Assembly (NCBI GenBank): GCA_963847705.1
Contig: CAWKBC010000014.1
Span: forward strand, 264,847 to 328,846
DNA from: an uncultured Pseudomonadota bacterium
Lineage (GTDB): Bacteria; Myxococcota_A; Polyangia; Fen-1088
Length of the DNA stretch: 64,000 bases
Reading direction: 5' to 3'
Shown here piece by piece: positions 40,414 through 50,891 of the stretch. Numbering within the stretch: position 1 is the stretch's first letter; each line of letters starts with the position of its first letter. The position numbers and the translations under genes were made by a program. Below the pieces are notes generated by a model. That model searched no databases. It was not told the DNA's origin and saw only the letters and a program-made list of their open reading frames with translations.

Positions 40414-40705
40414 GTTTGCTCCAACTGCCAGCAGGTCGTCCATTTCGAGAACTCTCGGTGTAGGCGCTGCGGCCACGCGCTGGCCTATCTGGCCGACCAC
40501 GCGATGCTTACCGCTTCGAACCGGTGGCCCACAACGCCGGGCTGCGGGAGGCGCTGGCGCCGGTCGCCAAGGGTGAACGGTATCGTCTGGGTGGCAACCA
40601 GATCGACCACGCCGCCTGCAACTGGGCCATCCCGGAGAGTGACAACAACCGCTTTGGCCGCGCCTGCCGCCGGAATGAGGTCATCCCGAATCTCGCCGAT
40701 CCGTC
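40414..40705 (+). pseudogene. Zinc-ribbon/DUF2248-type metallopeptidase N-terminal remnant
   Basis: CSNCQQVVHFENSRCRRCGHALAY then frameshifted CNWAIP...ACRRNEVIPNL; truncated. Confidence 0.65.
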
Positions 40706-40780
40706 CATCCGATCGGGATGTGCTGCCCAGCACTTGTCGCCTGTGTTGAAGACGATTATGAGAGTCAATATCAGTGTCGC

Positions 40781-43234
40781 ATGGACTCGACGTTTCGCCA
40801 CATCAGCGTCCGGCAAGGCGCCCTCGTGCTTTCCATCTTGCTGTCCGGGCTTCTGCCGGCGGCCTGCGGAGGCTCGAGCCCGACGACGAAGACGGCGAGC
40901 TATGCGCTCGTCGTCAGCGCGGTCGACACCACCTTCGTCACCCGCGATCACTTCATGGCCGCCGTCGAGATGCAAATCTCCGGCGAGCCGTTCGCCCAGG
41001 CGATGGGGCGGGACCTCCGCGGCTACAGCCGTGACTTCGTCTGTCAGTCCGCCCTCTGCCAAGCCAGCATCTACTTCGATCCCGCTCTCAACGGCGGCAC
41101 TGCCGGCGGGCCTTCCGGGCGGTTCGATCTGCCTGGTTTCGCGAGCGCGGTCGAATCGTACGAGTACTCCAAACAGCCGATGAACGACGTTGCCTTCGAG
41201 TCGGGCGCCGGCACCTCGCTGGCCTTCGGCCCGGTGCTGAACCCGACGGGCGTCACAGGGACCGACGCGCTGGCCCTGCTGCGCGGATGGGTCCAGCGGA
41301 TGGCCGTCGAGGCCAACACGGTGAGCCGGTTCGTGACCGACCAGACGACCGACGCCAAGGGGGCAAACCCACTCGGCTGGCCAGGGCTGTGGCCCACGCT
41401 GCAGCCGTACGCCAAGTGGGATCCGACCATCGCTGCCAGCAATGCCTCGACGGGCTGCTCGATCAGCTCCGACGACGATCCCGGCGCCTCGGGCTCGCTG
41501 CTGTGCGACGACTACGAGTGCGACTACGCGACCCTGCACCTGCCGAACCGCAGCGCGCAGATCCAGTCGATGACGATCGACCCCGGATCGTCGGGCTGGG
41601 CCGGCTGGAAGGAGGCGCTCTGGACGCTCAACTATCTTCAGGTGATGCACGACAGCCAGGAGAACCCCATCGACACGGTCCCCGCCGCCCAGCTGGCCGA
41701 CGTCGGCACGTCCGGCAATACGATCCTCGGCACGGGCGACGGGGGCGGCCCGGCCCTGCCCGGGACGTTCCTCGGCTCGAGCGACATCGAAGGATTCCAG
41801 GCCGGCAACTTCTTCCAGATCCTCGACAACCAGGCCCAGCAGTGGTTGACGCAGCTGACGACCACCGACGCCAAGACGCTCTCGGGCTTCGCCAGCTTGA
41901 GCGAGGCGCTCGGGTACGACACCACCGTGCCGCTGCGCTGGTTCCCGGGATCGATCGCAGTGACCGAGGGAAGCGACCCGAGCGGCTTCCCCATCCCGAC
42001 CGGCTACACGATCGCCTCGCCCGACAGCCACCTGCTCGATCTGGCGGGCCTGTTGGGCGCCTTCTCCAGCGTCTACGCGCTCACCGATCAATCGAACCCC
42101 GACGCGGGTGGCAGCATGCCGGCACTTGGCTACTTCGACGGCGATCCGTTCCCGGTGCAAAACCAGACCCCCACTGGCGCGGCGACTCTGCACGACCGAG
42201 CCCTGGCGATGATGAAGGTGCTGGTGGCGAACATCGACCGCCTGCATGTCGACCCGGCGGGCGGGCTGTTTGTCGACGATGTCGCGCTGGCCGGCGCGAC
42301 GCCCGTGCGCGGCTCGACGCTGTCCACCGACGTCGCGGCCTATGCGCTCCTGGCGCTCCGCACCGCGCGGCGCAGCCTCGACTCGGTGCTCACCCTCTAC
42401 AGCAACACCAAACCGGACGCCAAGGGGATTCCCTCTCCGCTCGACGCGTTCGGGACACTCGACGGGATGCCCTACGGCGCGCGGCTTGATCAGCTGATTG
42501 GCCAGCTCGCCCAGGTTTTCCTCGGCCAGCTCACCACCGACGCAGGGATGGCCTACGCCGGCTGGGATCTCGGCAAGAAGACCCCGACGGACGGCGGCTC
42601 CAGCCTCGACGCCCACACCGCCGCGATCCGCGGGCTCCTGGTCGCCTACCTGGCCACCGGCGACACGCAGTACCGCGAGCGTGCCCAGAGTGTGTTTTTG
42701 CGGCTCGAGAGCGCCTTCTACGATCCAACCGCCCAGATCTACCGCACCACCGCGGGTGATAGGTCGTTGCAGGTGATCTTCACGCCGCGCCGCTTCGGCC
42801 TTTTGCAGGGCGCGCTCCGCGACACCTTCGAGCTCATCGCCCTGCTCCCCGGCAACGATGCCATGCAGAGCCTGATCGAGGATCGCGTTGCGCGCCTCGA
42901 CAAGCTGGTCCTGAACGGATGGGACGATCGCGACCAGGATTCGAACGTCGAGTGGCCGAGCGAGTGCGCCCACCTCGGCACCGGCCCCGACGGGATGCCG
43001 ATGGGGCTCGGCGGCCTGCAGATGGCCGAGCGGGTGCTGTCCGGCGAGTCTGGCTCGCTGGCCGACACGGCGCCGACCGCGGCAGCGCCGCGGACGATCA
43101 CCACTGACCGGGAGCACGATTGCGTCCCCGAGATCTCGGCGGCCAAGCTCCCCGCCGCCCTGGCCAATTCGGTGACCTTCACGCTGACGCCCTGGTCGCT
43201 CGACACCGACGAGCTCAAGGTGTTGCAGCCATGA
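40781..43234 (+). CDS. Large lipoprotein of unknown function with C-terminal (alpha/alpha)6-like region
   Basis: PAAC lipobox; LDAHTAAIRGLLVAYLATGDTQYRERA. Confidence 0.75.
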   Translation: MDSTFRHISVRQGALVLSILLSGLLPAACGGSSPTTKTASYALVVSAVDTTFVTRDHFMAAVEMQISGEPFAQAMGRDLRGYSRDFVCQSALCQASIYFDPALNGGTAGGPSGRFDLPGFASAVESYEYSKQPMNDVAFESGAGTSLAFGPVLNPTGVTGTDALALLRGWVQRMAVEANTVSRFVTDQTTDAKGANPLGWPGLWPTLQPYAKWDPTIAASNASTGCSISSDDDPGASGSLLCDDYECDYATLHLPNRSAQIQSMTIDPGSSGWAGWKEALWTLNYLQVMHDSQENPIDTVPAAQLADVGTSGNTILGTGDGGGPALPGTFLGSSDIEGFQAGNFFQILDNQAQQWLTQLTTTDAKTLSGFASLSEALGYDTTVPLRWFPGSIAVTEGSDPSGFPIPTGYTIASPDSHLLDLAGLLGAFSSVYALTDQSNPDAGGSMPALGYFDGDPFPVQNQTPTGAATLHDRALAMMKVLVANIDRLHVDPAGGLFVDDVALAGATPVRGSTLSTDVAAYALLALRTARRSLDSVLTLYSNTKPDAKGIPSPLDAFGTLDGMPYGARLDQLIGQLAQVFLGQLTTDAGMAYAGWDLGKKTPTDGGSSLDAHTAAIRGLLVAYLATGDTQYRERAQSVFLRLESAFYDPTAQIYRTTAGDRSLQVIFTPRRFGLLQGALRDTFELIALLPGNDAMQSLIEDRVARLDKLVLNGWDDRDQDSNVEWPSECAHLGTGPDGMPMGLGGLQMAERVLSGESGSLADTAPTAAAPRTITTDREHDCVPEISAAKLPAALANSVTFTLTPWSLDTDELKVLQP

Positions 43235-45255
43235 CGTACGCGCGGGGGATCGGTCCTCCCGCTTTCGCCATCGCGTTGGTGCTCTCCGCCTGCGGCGGGG
43301 ACGACCACGGAACGGCGGCGACGGCGGCGACCGCGATCCCATCGCACTCCGCGCCGCTTGCGGTGAGCCCCGACGGCCACCGTCTCTACGTGGTCCATCC
43401 GGACGCCGACAGTGTGACGATCCTCGACGCCAGCAAGCGGACCATCGTGCAAGAGATTCTTCTCGGGACGGCTCACCCCGCGCCGGACCCCACGACCGGC
43501 CGCTACGATCCCGCCGTCGGGCCCCGCGCGCTGGCGCTCGACGGGACGGGGGCCAACCTCTATGTGACGGGCCAGCGCTCGGGGCTCGTCTACGCCATCG
43601 ACACCGCCAAAGGAACCGTTCGGGCCAGCATGGCCGTTGGTGCCGAGCCGATCGGTGTCGTGGTGAGCGGCGACGGCACGCACGTCTTCGTCGCCTGCGC
43701 GCAGGACGACCAGGTCGTCGCGCTCGACGCCGTCTCGCTGTCGACCCTCAGCACCGTGGCCACGCCCCGCAAGCCGTGGGGGCTCGCCTTCGCGGCCGAC
43801 GGGCAGACGTTGCTGGCCACGCACCTGCTCGGCCCAGGGGTGAGCGCGCTCTCGACCAATCCGCTGGCGCTGACCGCGACCTGGGAGGTCCCGGACGGCC
43901 CCGCCGGGAGCGATCCGACCGCGGCGCACGGCCAGGTGCGCGGCATCTACGACGTCGTCCCCCGCCCCGGCACCGGCGAGCTTTGGGTCGCGCACCTGAT
44001 GCTCGGCACCGACACCCCACAACCGACGCTCGCCTTCAACATGACCGTGTTCCCGGCGCTCTCGATCCTCGACGCCGCCTCGGGCGCGCAGACGGCGCGC
44101 CTGTCGGTTTCGGACACCGACAGCGCTCCGGACGACACCGGCGCCTTCGGCGACGTCACCTCGGGCCCGCGCGCGCTCGCCTTCAGCGACGACGGCAGGT
44201 ACGCCTTCGTCGCCGACGCTGACAGCGAGGACCTGATGGTGGTCGACGCCACCAACAGGATCGAGGCCCAGCTGGTGCGCCCACTCCCCGGCCACCTGCC
44301 GGAGGGCGTGGTCTTCCACGACAGCGAGATCTACGTGCAGGAGCGCAACAGCGAGGACATCGCGGCATTCAAGGTGAACGAGACCGCGACCGGGCTGTCC
44401 GTGGCCCCCGACGGCGTCGCCTTCGCCAGCCTGGCCAGCGATCCGATGCCAGCCAACTTGCGCCTCGGCCAGAAGCTCTTCTACTCGGCCAACAGCGACG
44501 ATCTGCCGATCACCCAGAACCACTGGGTCGCCTGCGCCAGCTGCCACGTCGAAGGGCGCAGCGACGCCGTCACCTGGCGATTCACGCAGGGACCGCGCGA
44601 CACGCCAACCAACGCGGGCGGCTTGCTGGACACCGGGTTTCTTTTCCGCACCGCCGATCGCACCCAGGTGCAGGACTACTGGAAGACGATCGACATCGAG
44701 CATGGGGGCGCATTCGACATCCACAACTCGGCGCAGGTGCCGCTGCTCGACGCGCTGGCCGACTTCGTCAACCACGCGATCCCCACGCCCGTTCCGCCGA
44801 CGACCGATCCCAGCCTGGTCGCGCGCGGTGCGATCGTCTTCGATCAGACCGGCTGCGGGGCGTGTCACGCGGGACCCGCGCGGACCGACTCGGGGATGGG
44901 AAACACGGCGCTGGCGCTGGGCCAGGCGACCGCGGCGCTGGCGGGCCCCATCGTCTCGACGGCCACCTCGGGCGGCGTGCTGCTCCACGACGTCGGGACC
45001 TGTGTGATCGGAGGCCCCTGGCCTGACGTCGTGCACGACGACATCGACGGCGATGCGCGTCCCGCCTGCGCATTCGATACCCCGCAGCTGCGCGGGCTGG
45101 TCGACTCGGCGCCCTACCTGCACGACGGCAGCGCGGCGACGCTGGCCGACGTCCTGCCGGTGATGGTGCAAGCGACGGTCCCTGCGGGCACACCGGCCCC
45201 CACTCTCGGCGCCGACGACCAGCAGGCGCTGCTCGAGTTCCTGCGCAGCCTGTGA
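43231..45255 (+). CDS. YncE-type beta-propeller fused to di-haem c (bCcP/MauG superfamily), lipoprotein
   Basis: LSAC lipobox; YVTN-like blades; CASCH and CGACH; RDTPT; FDTPQLRG...APYLHDGS. Confidence 0.85.
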   Translation: MTYARGIGPPAFAIALVLSACGGDDHGTAATAATAIPSHSAPLAVSPDGHRLYVVHPDADSVTILDASKRTIVQEILLGTAHPAPDPTTGRYDPAVGPRALALDGTGANLYVTGQRSGLVYAIDTAKGTVRASMAVGAEPIGVVVSGDGTHVFVACAQDDQVVALDAVSLSTLSTVATPRKPWGLAFAADGQTLLATHLLGPGVSALSTNPLALTATWEVPDGPAGSDPTAAHGQVRGIYDVVPRPGTGELWVAHLMLGTDTPQPTLAFNMTVFPALSILDAASGAQTARLSVSDTDSAPDDTGAFGDVTSGPRALAFSDDGRYAFVADADSEDLMVVDATNRIEAQLVRPLPGHLPEGVVFHDSEIYVQERNSEDIAAFKVNETATGLSVAPDGVAFASLASDPMPANLRLGQKLFYSANSDDLPITQNHWVACASCHVEGRSDAVTWRFTQGPRDTPTNAGGLLDTGFLFRTADRTQVQDYWKTIDIEHGGAFDIHNSAQVPLLDALADFVNHAIPTPVPPTTDPSLVARGAIVFDQTGCGACHAGPARTDSGMGNTALALGQATAALAGPIVSTATSGGVLLHDVGTCVIGGPWPDVVHDDIDGDARPACAFDTPQLRGLVDSAPYLHDGSAATLADVLPVMVQATVPAGTPAPTLGADDQQALLEFLRSL

Positions 45256-45351
45256 GCGCCCCTGGGCCAACCGCCTCGCCCGTCCTCATGACGACCAACC
45301 AACTTCATCGCGATCGCACGTTGCCTTCGTCGCCTGGAGCCTTCTCCCTGG

Positions 45352-46725
45352 TCACCTCGGCGACTCGCGCGCATGATTGCTGCCGCAACGGCGGATGGCG
45401 GGACTGTGGTGCTGGCGGCCGTCCGCGCCGAGCACGTGGGTGCCCTCGCCCCAGTAGTCAGTGGTGGTCGTTGGGCCGATGCTGGCGACGTAGCCGTCCG
45501 GACGAACGAGAATGCATTGCCCTTCACGAGCAATGAACACGGTCGCCTGTGGACCGCGCAGATGATCGAAGAGCCGCGTCCCGTCGGCGAGCCGCTGGTC
45601 AGGCATTCGATCACCTGGATGGAGATCGCCGAGCGCGGCTCCCGACGACAAGGGGCTGGCCCGATAGTGCAAGGAGAGCTGGTTCGTGGCATCGCCGCGG
45701 CGAAGCGAACGCGTCTCGTGCAGCCGCTTGCTCAGGCCCAGGACGGCGGCGGCGACTGGACGGCGCTCTGCTTCATAGGTGTCGAGCAGAGCGTCGGGAG
45801 CGCCGCGGCTGACGAGCGCCAGCTTCCAGCCGAGGTTGTACGCATCTTGGACTCCCGTATTCAGCCCCTGACCACCATCCGGCGGGTGGACATGCGCGGC
45901 ATCGCCCGCCAGGAAGATACGTCCCCGGCGATAGCGTTCGACCATGCGGGTCTGCGGTCGATAGATTGAGCACCACGCCACCCGGACGACCCGAGAGCCG
46001 GTCGCCTCCTGCACCGCGCGCTCCATGCCTCGCGCCAGCGCCGTCGCCGGGGCGGTGAGCTGGAAGAGCCTCGTCGCCGGCAAAGGACAGAGCCCCATCA
46101 CGCCCCCCTTGGCCAGGGGCCAGAGATGCCAGGCGTGGCGATCGAGAGCTTCGATCTCGACGTCCGCCACGAGGCTCTCCTTGGACGCCAGGCTCTCGCC
46201 GATCAAACGCTCTCCGATCGCCTGGCGCACGAAGCTGTGGCCGCCGTCGCAACCGATGAGATAGTCGGCCCGGATCGTCTCCCCGGTGGACAAGGTCGCA
46301 TCCACGCCGCCCTCGTCCTGGCGGAGCCCTGTCAGCGCGTGGCCGAACGTTACGCTCCCGCCCAGCTGGCGGAGGCGCTCGCGGAGGATCCCTTCGGTGC
46401 GATTCTGCGGCACCATCCAGACGTTCGGATAGGGGACCGCCTCGGTGGCGACGCGCTTGCTCCCCAGCGATCCCGCGCGCAGCGAGAACGGTCCGAAGTG
46501 CGTCCGGAACTTCGGGTAAGGAGCGCCAGCTCGCAGGAGCTCCTCGATGACGCCGAGGTCCTCGAAGACCTCGAGCGTCCGCGGTTGCAGCCCCTTTCCG
46601 CGCGAGCCCTCGAAGGGGGAAGGCGCGGCGTCGACCAGCCGGAGCGCGACGCCTCTCCGCGCGAGGTCGCAGGCCAGCGTCAACCCGGTCGGCCCGGCGC
46701 CGGCAATGAGAACGGTGCATTGCAT
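45352..46725 (-). CDS. FAD-dependent monooxygenase
   Basis: GAGPTGL, GCDGGHS, LAGDAAHVHPPDGGQGLNTG. Confidence 0.93.
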   Translation of the reverse strand: MQCTVLIAGAGPTGLTLACDLARRGVALRLVDAAPSPFEGSRGKGLQPRTLEVFEDLGVIEELLRAGAPYPKFRTHFGPFSLRAGSLGSKRVATEAVPYPNVWMVPQNRTEGILRERLRQLGGSVTFGHALTGLRQDEGGVDATLSTGETIRADYLIGCDGGHSFVRQAIGERLIGESLASKESLVADVEIEALDRHAWHLWPLAKGGVMGLCPLPATRLFQLTAPATALARGMERAVQEATGSRVVRVAWCSIYRPQTRMVERYRRGRIFLAGDAAHVHPPDGGQGLNTGVQDAYNLGWKLALVSRGAPDALLDTYEAERRPVAAAVLGLSKRLHETRSLRRGDATNQLSLHYRASPLSSGAALGDLHPGDRMPDQRLADGTRLFDHLRGPQATVFIAREGQCILVRPDGYVASIGPTTTTDYWGEGTHVLGADGRQHHSPAIRRCGSNHARESPR

Positions 46726-46732
46726 GTCTTTG

Positions 46733-46773
46733 TCGTACATCGTACGAAGCGATCCTGGTGGTACGGTGTACGA
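46733..46773. promoter_or_regulatory. Two TetR operator palindromes
   Basis: TCGTAC-ATC-GTACGA (46733-46747) and TGGTAC-GGT-GTACGA (46759-46773). Confidence 0.75.
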
Positions 46774-47430
46774 ATGTCAACCCGGAAGCGACCGGTCTCC
46801 CTCTGGCTACGGGCGGAGCCCGCAAGCCGTGAGCCCCGCCTGAGCCGCGCCAAGATCGCCGCAGCCGCGCTGGCCATCGCCGACGCAAAGGGCATCGAGG
46901 CGGTCTCGATGCGCCGCATCGCCGCTGACCTCGGTGCGGGGACGATGAGCATCTACCACTACGTCAAGACCAAGGACGAGCTCATCGCGCTGATGGACGA
47001 CGCTCTCCTGGCCGAGACGCTGGTGCGGTCTCTTCCCAGGGATTGGCGCCGCGCGCTCCTCGAGATCGCCCGTCGCACCCATGCGGTCTTCGTGCGGCAC
47101 CCGTGGGCGTTGATCGCCATGCGCGGCACGCCGCCCGGGCCGAACGCCATGCGCCACTTCGAGCAGTGCCTGGAGGCGCTGGCCTCGACGAGGATGACCC
47201 CGAGACAGAAGCTCACGCTGTTGGCGACGATCGATGACTTCGTCTTCGGGTACACGCTCCGCGCTCCGGAGGCCCGGGTAGAGATCGACCGTGAGTTCGC
47301 CGAGGCGCAGCTCGCCACAGGCGAGTTTCCCCGGCTGGCCGAGATGTTTGGAGCGGGTCGAGTCGAGGCCGGCGAGGACCGGTTCGAGCGCGGTCTGCGC
47401 GCGCTCCTCGACGCAGCGCGGACACCCTAG
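46774..47430 (+). CDS. TetR family regulator with TetR_C domain
   Basis: LSRAKI...AVSMRRIAADLGAGTMSIYHYVKTKDEL; GPN; FERGL. Confidence 0.92.
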   Translation: MSTRKRPVSLWLRAEPASREPRLSRAKIAAAALAIADAKGIEAVSMRRIAADLGAGTMSIYHYVKTKDELIALMDDALLAETLVRSLPRDWRRALLEIARRTHAVFVRHPWALIAMRGTPPGPNAMRHFEQCLEALASTRMTPRQKLTLLATIDDFVFGYTLRAPEARVEIDREFAEAQLATGEFPRLAEMFGAGRVEAGEDRFERGLRALLDAARTP

Positions 47431-47609
47431 TTGTGGAGGCTCTGGACGTTGTTCACTAGAACGTTTCGTACGCAGTCGTCCAATCCCTGAGGAGGTCAGT
47501 GGTCTGGGTCGTGGTATGGATATCCGTCGACCTTCGCCTCTCGGCGAACGCCACCCCGGGCAAGTGGAAGCTGTCCGATCGGGGTCACGTCCGCCGTTGG
47601 CCGCGAGGA

Positions 47610-47780
47610 CGGGATCCGGGATGGCGGGTTGTGCGGCCGAACCGAGCAGGCCGAGAGCCCGCGCGGCGGCTTCACAAATCTCTTCGTCGCGGGTTTCCGT
47701 AAGCAGACGGCGCAAGCTGGGCACAGCCGCCGCGCTCCCAACCTGCGCCACTCGAGCGGCAGCCAGGGCAACGGTGATAG
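47610..47780 (-). pseudogene. HEAT-repeat protein fragment
   Basis: AAVPSLRRLLTETRDEEICEAAARALGLLGSAAQPAIP. Confidence 0.45.
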
Positions 47781-47942
47781 AGGAATGTCTGCGACAGTGT
47801 ACTCCGCGACGGCGGCGCCCGCTCAGAAGTCGACCTCCCGTAGATTGAACCTTCGGCTTCCACCGGTCCTGCTCGCGTCTGGCGGCGCGCCGCCCATGCC
47901 GCTTCCCTAGGCCTGGAAGCTGTTCGATAGACCAATATCGTC

Positions 47943-48896
47943 TTAGGGAACGCACCCTTTGCCGTTGTCGTACAGTTCATTCATCTGACTCACGGTCAGG
48001 GCTACAGTCCAAATGCCCACATTCGCGATGGCCCCATCGAAGGAAGGGCCGAGGGACGTCGAAGTAGGAATCGGGAAATTATTGGAACCGATGGTGACCG
48101 TGTCCAGATCGTAGTCGTAAAGCGTTTGCGACGCAGTGGCGCTCACGCCGCTCGAATACAAGGTGACGGTGCTTGCGCCGTCGTAGGCGAGGCAGACGAA
48201 ACTCCACTGCCCCGCGGGGACGGCTACGCTCGCCGACGATCGGCAGGCGCCTCCGTTCCAGTGGTCGAGAAATAGCAGGCTGTTGGCCGTTGAGGAACAC
48301 GGGTTGCCAGAGGCACCAATTCCAAAAAGATCGACATCTCCGGCGGTGGGACCTCCGACGAAGATTGGTTGGCCACCTGCTGAGGTTTGGGGCTCGACCC
48401 ACGCGCACATCGTTCGGGCTCCCTTGAGGGAATAGGAGCATCCAATCCCGATGGAGCTCGTTGATCCATTGAATTGGTAGGCACCGCCCGGCAGTGTCGG
48501 AACTCCTGGAACGGCAGTGACCTGAGAACCTGTCGCATTGTGGCCGTTACCTGAAGAATCGTCGAAGCCGGTAGCGAATGAGTAGTATGCGAGCAGGCCA
48601 TCCGAGAGAGCGGGATCGCCGCACGTTGAAGAACGGCCCCCATCCGCTGCTGCGCCCGCACCGCACGATGCGGCGCCGGCAGCGCCGCCCACGCCAGCCG
48701 CACCGCCAACACCGCCGCCGTGCCCAGCCGCAGCGCCGCCCGAACCTCCACCCTTGCCGGCTCCGCCATCGCCGGGGGGCGTGTTGCTGCTGCTGCAGCC
48801 GGCCGCGATTGCCACCAACGAGAGCACAAACACCGGCGCCCGAAGCTTTCTGATTCTAGTTAGCACTCGTATGGTGTCCTCTCCCTCAGATTTGAC
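47943..48896 (-). CDS. Lipoprotein with Gly linker and LamG-like domain (start uncertain)
   Basis: AAGC lipobox; LLAYYSF...DSSGNGH; WSFVCLAYDG; FDGAIANVGIW. Confidence 0.8.
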   Translation of the reverse strand, partial: VKSEGEDTIRVLTRIRKLRAPVFVLSLVAIAAGCSSSNTPPGDGGAGKGGGSGGAAAGHGGGVGGAAGVGGAAGAASCGAGAAADGGRSSTCGDPALSDGLLAYYSFATGFDDSSGNGHNATGSQVTAVPGVPTLPGGAYQFNGSTSSIGIGCSYSLKGARTMCAWVEPQTSAGGQPIFVGGPTAGDVDLFGIGASGNPCSSTANSLLFLDHWNGGACRSSASVAVPAGQWSFVCLAYDGASTVTLYSSGVSATASQTLYDYDLDTVTIGSNNFPIPTSTSLGPSFDGAIANVGIWTVALTVSQMNELYDNGKGCVP

Positions 48897-49326
48897 CGCT
48901 CGGAATTCCAGCCTTCGCTTCGGCCGGTCAAAATACCATACCGAAGACGTACGCCCGATAGGGCCGCCACCGGTATCATGGAAAACCCTGTTCGTACGTT
49001 TCGGAGATGTTTCTTGGCCGGCGGGCCGAACGGGCTTGGCGCCTCCCACGGCCCACCGATGTAAAGCGTGATCAACCTCCCGCCAGGCCGGCCCGCGACA
49101 GGTGCCGGAGCGGCGGAATAACTATGCGGACAACGCGCCCGACGCCGGAGCACCGAAAACGCGGAGCGGAACGGGATTAAAGCGGGCGCGCTCCGCTCGA
49201 AGAGTCTTCAGCAATTCATCGAAGAAGACGATCGAGGGGTCGATTCTCCGTCAGAGAAATGAGCGAGATCAGGGGCTTACCGTCACAGGACGTGTCGGGC
49301 CGTCACCCCTGGTCTCGCTCGAGTGG

Positions 49327-49509
49327 TTACGCTCGGGCGGGACTCCGCAGCCCGGAAACCAGGCACGCGAGAACGTCAGGCGGCAGCGGCGCACCGTTGC
49401 CCATCGGGTCCCGCGCATAAGCGTCCGTCAACGCGACAACATCGCGTTGATGATCCAGTCGAGACAGGTCAGCCTCGACAATCTCGGGGTCTGGGGCGAA
49501 CGAGGTCAC
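49327..49509 (-). pseudogene. GNAT acetyltransferase N-terminal fragment
   Basis: IVEADLSRLDHQRDVVALTDAYARDPMGNGAPL; truncated. Confidence 0.5.
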
Positions 49510-50100
49510 CTTCGATGTCCGTCGAGCCGTGTCGGTGAACCGGCGACCGGCAGACTGTTCTTCAGCCTGTGGGGCGCAACAACTCCGTCCGCCCGCTCAT
49601 GCAGCTCCCCATCTCCCGGGCCCTACGGGCCCCCCACTGCCCCCGAGCCGGCACGAGCGAAGACGCTTCTCCTTGACCGGCATGCTCGTATGGGGCGAGT
49701 CTTTGCTGCGTGGCCGTCACGAGGGAGCAGGGTCCTTGTTTGCGCCCAACAGGGGGTTCTTACGGCCCAAGATCGCGGGGTGAGCTGTTGACGGAAGGGA
49801 CTATCATCGCCCGAAAGCGCCGCTTGAAAGTCCCATCCGCTCTCGTCCTGTCGTTCGGCGGAATGACGACGGGCACGACCCTCTCGAGCACCACGTCGAC
49901 GGCGGTCGCCGTGGGCGAGACCAATGGTCAGACCGCGGCCGGCGTCGGGGGGAGCGCGTCGCTCACGGTCACGGCGCTGCCGACCGCCCGGACCGTCGGC
50001 AGCTTCTCGGAGACCCTTCCCGTGACGGCGGGCAGCAGCGCCACCTCCCCGCCGCTGATCGCCAATGGCGTCTTTAACGTCCAGATTCTGGAGGTCTCGC

Positions 50101-50136
50101 GATGCCACTGACCATTCGGATGCCACTGACCATTCG
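50101..50136. repeat. Exact 18-bp tandem duplication over a start codon
   Basis: GATGCCACTGACCATTCG x2. Confidence 0.9.
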
Positions 50137-50722
50137 AACGATCGGAGCGTTGCTCGCGGCCACAACGGCGTTGGTCGGATGCAGCAGCGGCGGTTCGGGC
50201 GCGAGTCCGCCCGCCAACGAAGCGGGCGCCGCGATCAGCAGCGTGCCGAGCGGCACGAAGCTGAGTGCCCTGACGCCGACGCAGGCGACCCAGCTCTGCA
50301 GCGACTTGGACGCCTACGTCCAGGAAGCCTCACTCGACCGGACTTGCGGACTGTGGGGCCTGGACCAGGCGGCGGCGTTGGCAGCCAAGACCCCGGCGTC
50401 TTCCGACGCCGACCTTCAGGCCGCCTGCACCCAAGGCTACAGCCAGTGTCTGAGCGGCGATGCCGGGCTCACCACCGGCTCCCCGTGTGATTCGAGTACA
50501 CTCTCGCAGGTCCCGTCGAGCTGCACCGCGACCGTCGGCCAGCTCGAGACCTGCACGGAGGATCGACAGGCAGCCTCGAACCAGATGGTCGCGTCGCGCC
50601 CGAGCTGCGCCTCGCTGACCGCCGCCACCTTGAAAGCGACGCTATCGCCCGATGCCGGGACAGGACGCTTCACCGACCCTGCAAGCTGCACCCCGTTCGA
50701 CTCGAATTGCCCGATCAACTGA
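50102..50722 (+). CDS. Cys-rich lipoprotein
   Basis: LVGC lipobox; about 10 Cys; CTATVGQLETC. Confidence 0.75.
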   Translation: MPLTIRMPLTIRTIGALLAATTALVGCSSGGSGASPPANEAGAAISSVPSGTKLSALTPTQATQLCSDLDAYVQEASLDRTCGLWGLDQAAALAAKTPASSDADLQAACTQGYSQCLSGDAGLTTGSPCDSSTLSQVPSSCTATVGQLETCTEDRQAASNQMVASRPSCASLTAATLKATLSPDAGTGRFTDPASCTPFDSNCPIN

Positions 50723-50891
50723 CGAGGCGGCACCACCCTTTTGGCTCACAGCTGCGAACCAGGACATTCCGAACAAACATGTACGCAACTGCGCCACGCT
50801 GGATATCACTGAGGAATCCCCGGTCTGATCGCTCGCGCTGACGCCCCGCCAGGCGATCCTCCCTCGGAGACGTGCCGATTCACGAGGAGGC

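Noticed and set aside
47431-47475. GTGGAGGC as a tmRNA or tRNA att end at the GC shift
   Set aside because: Match too short and no T-arm sequence follows
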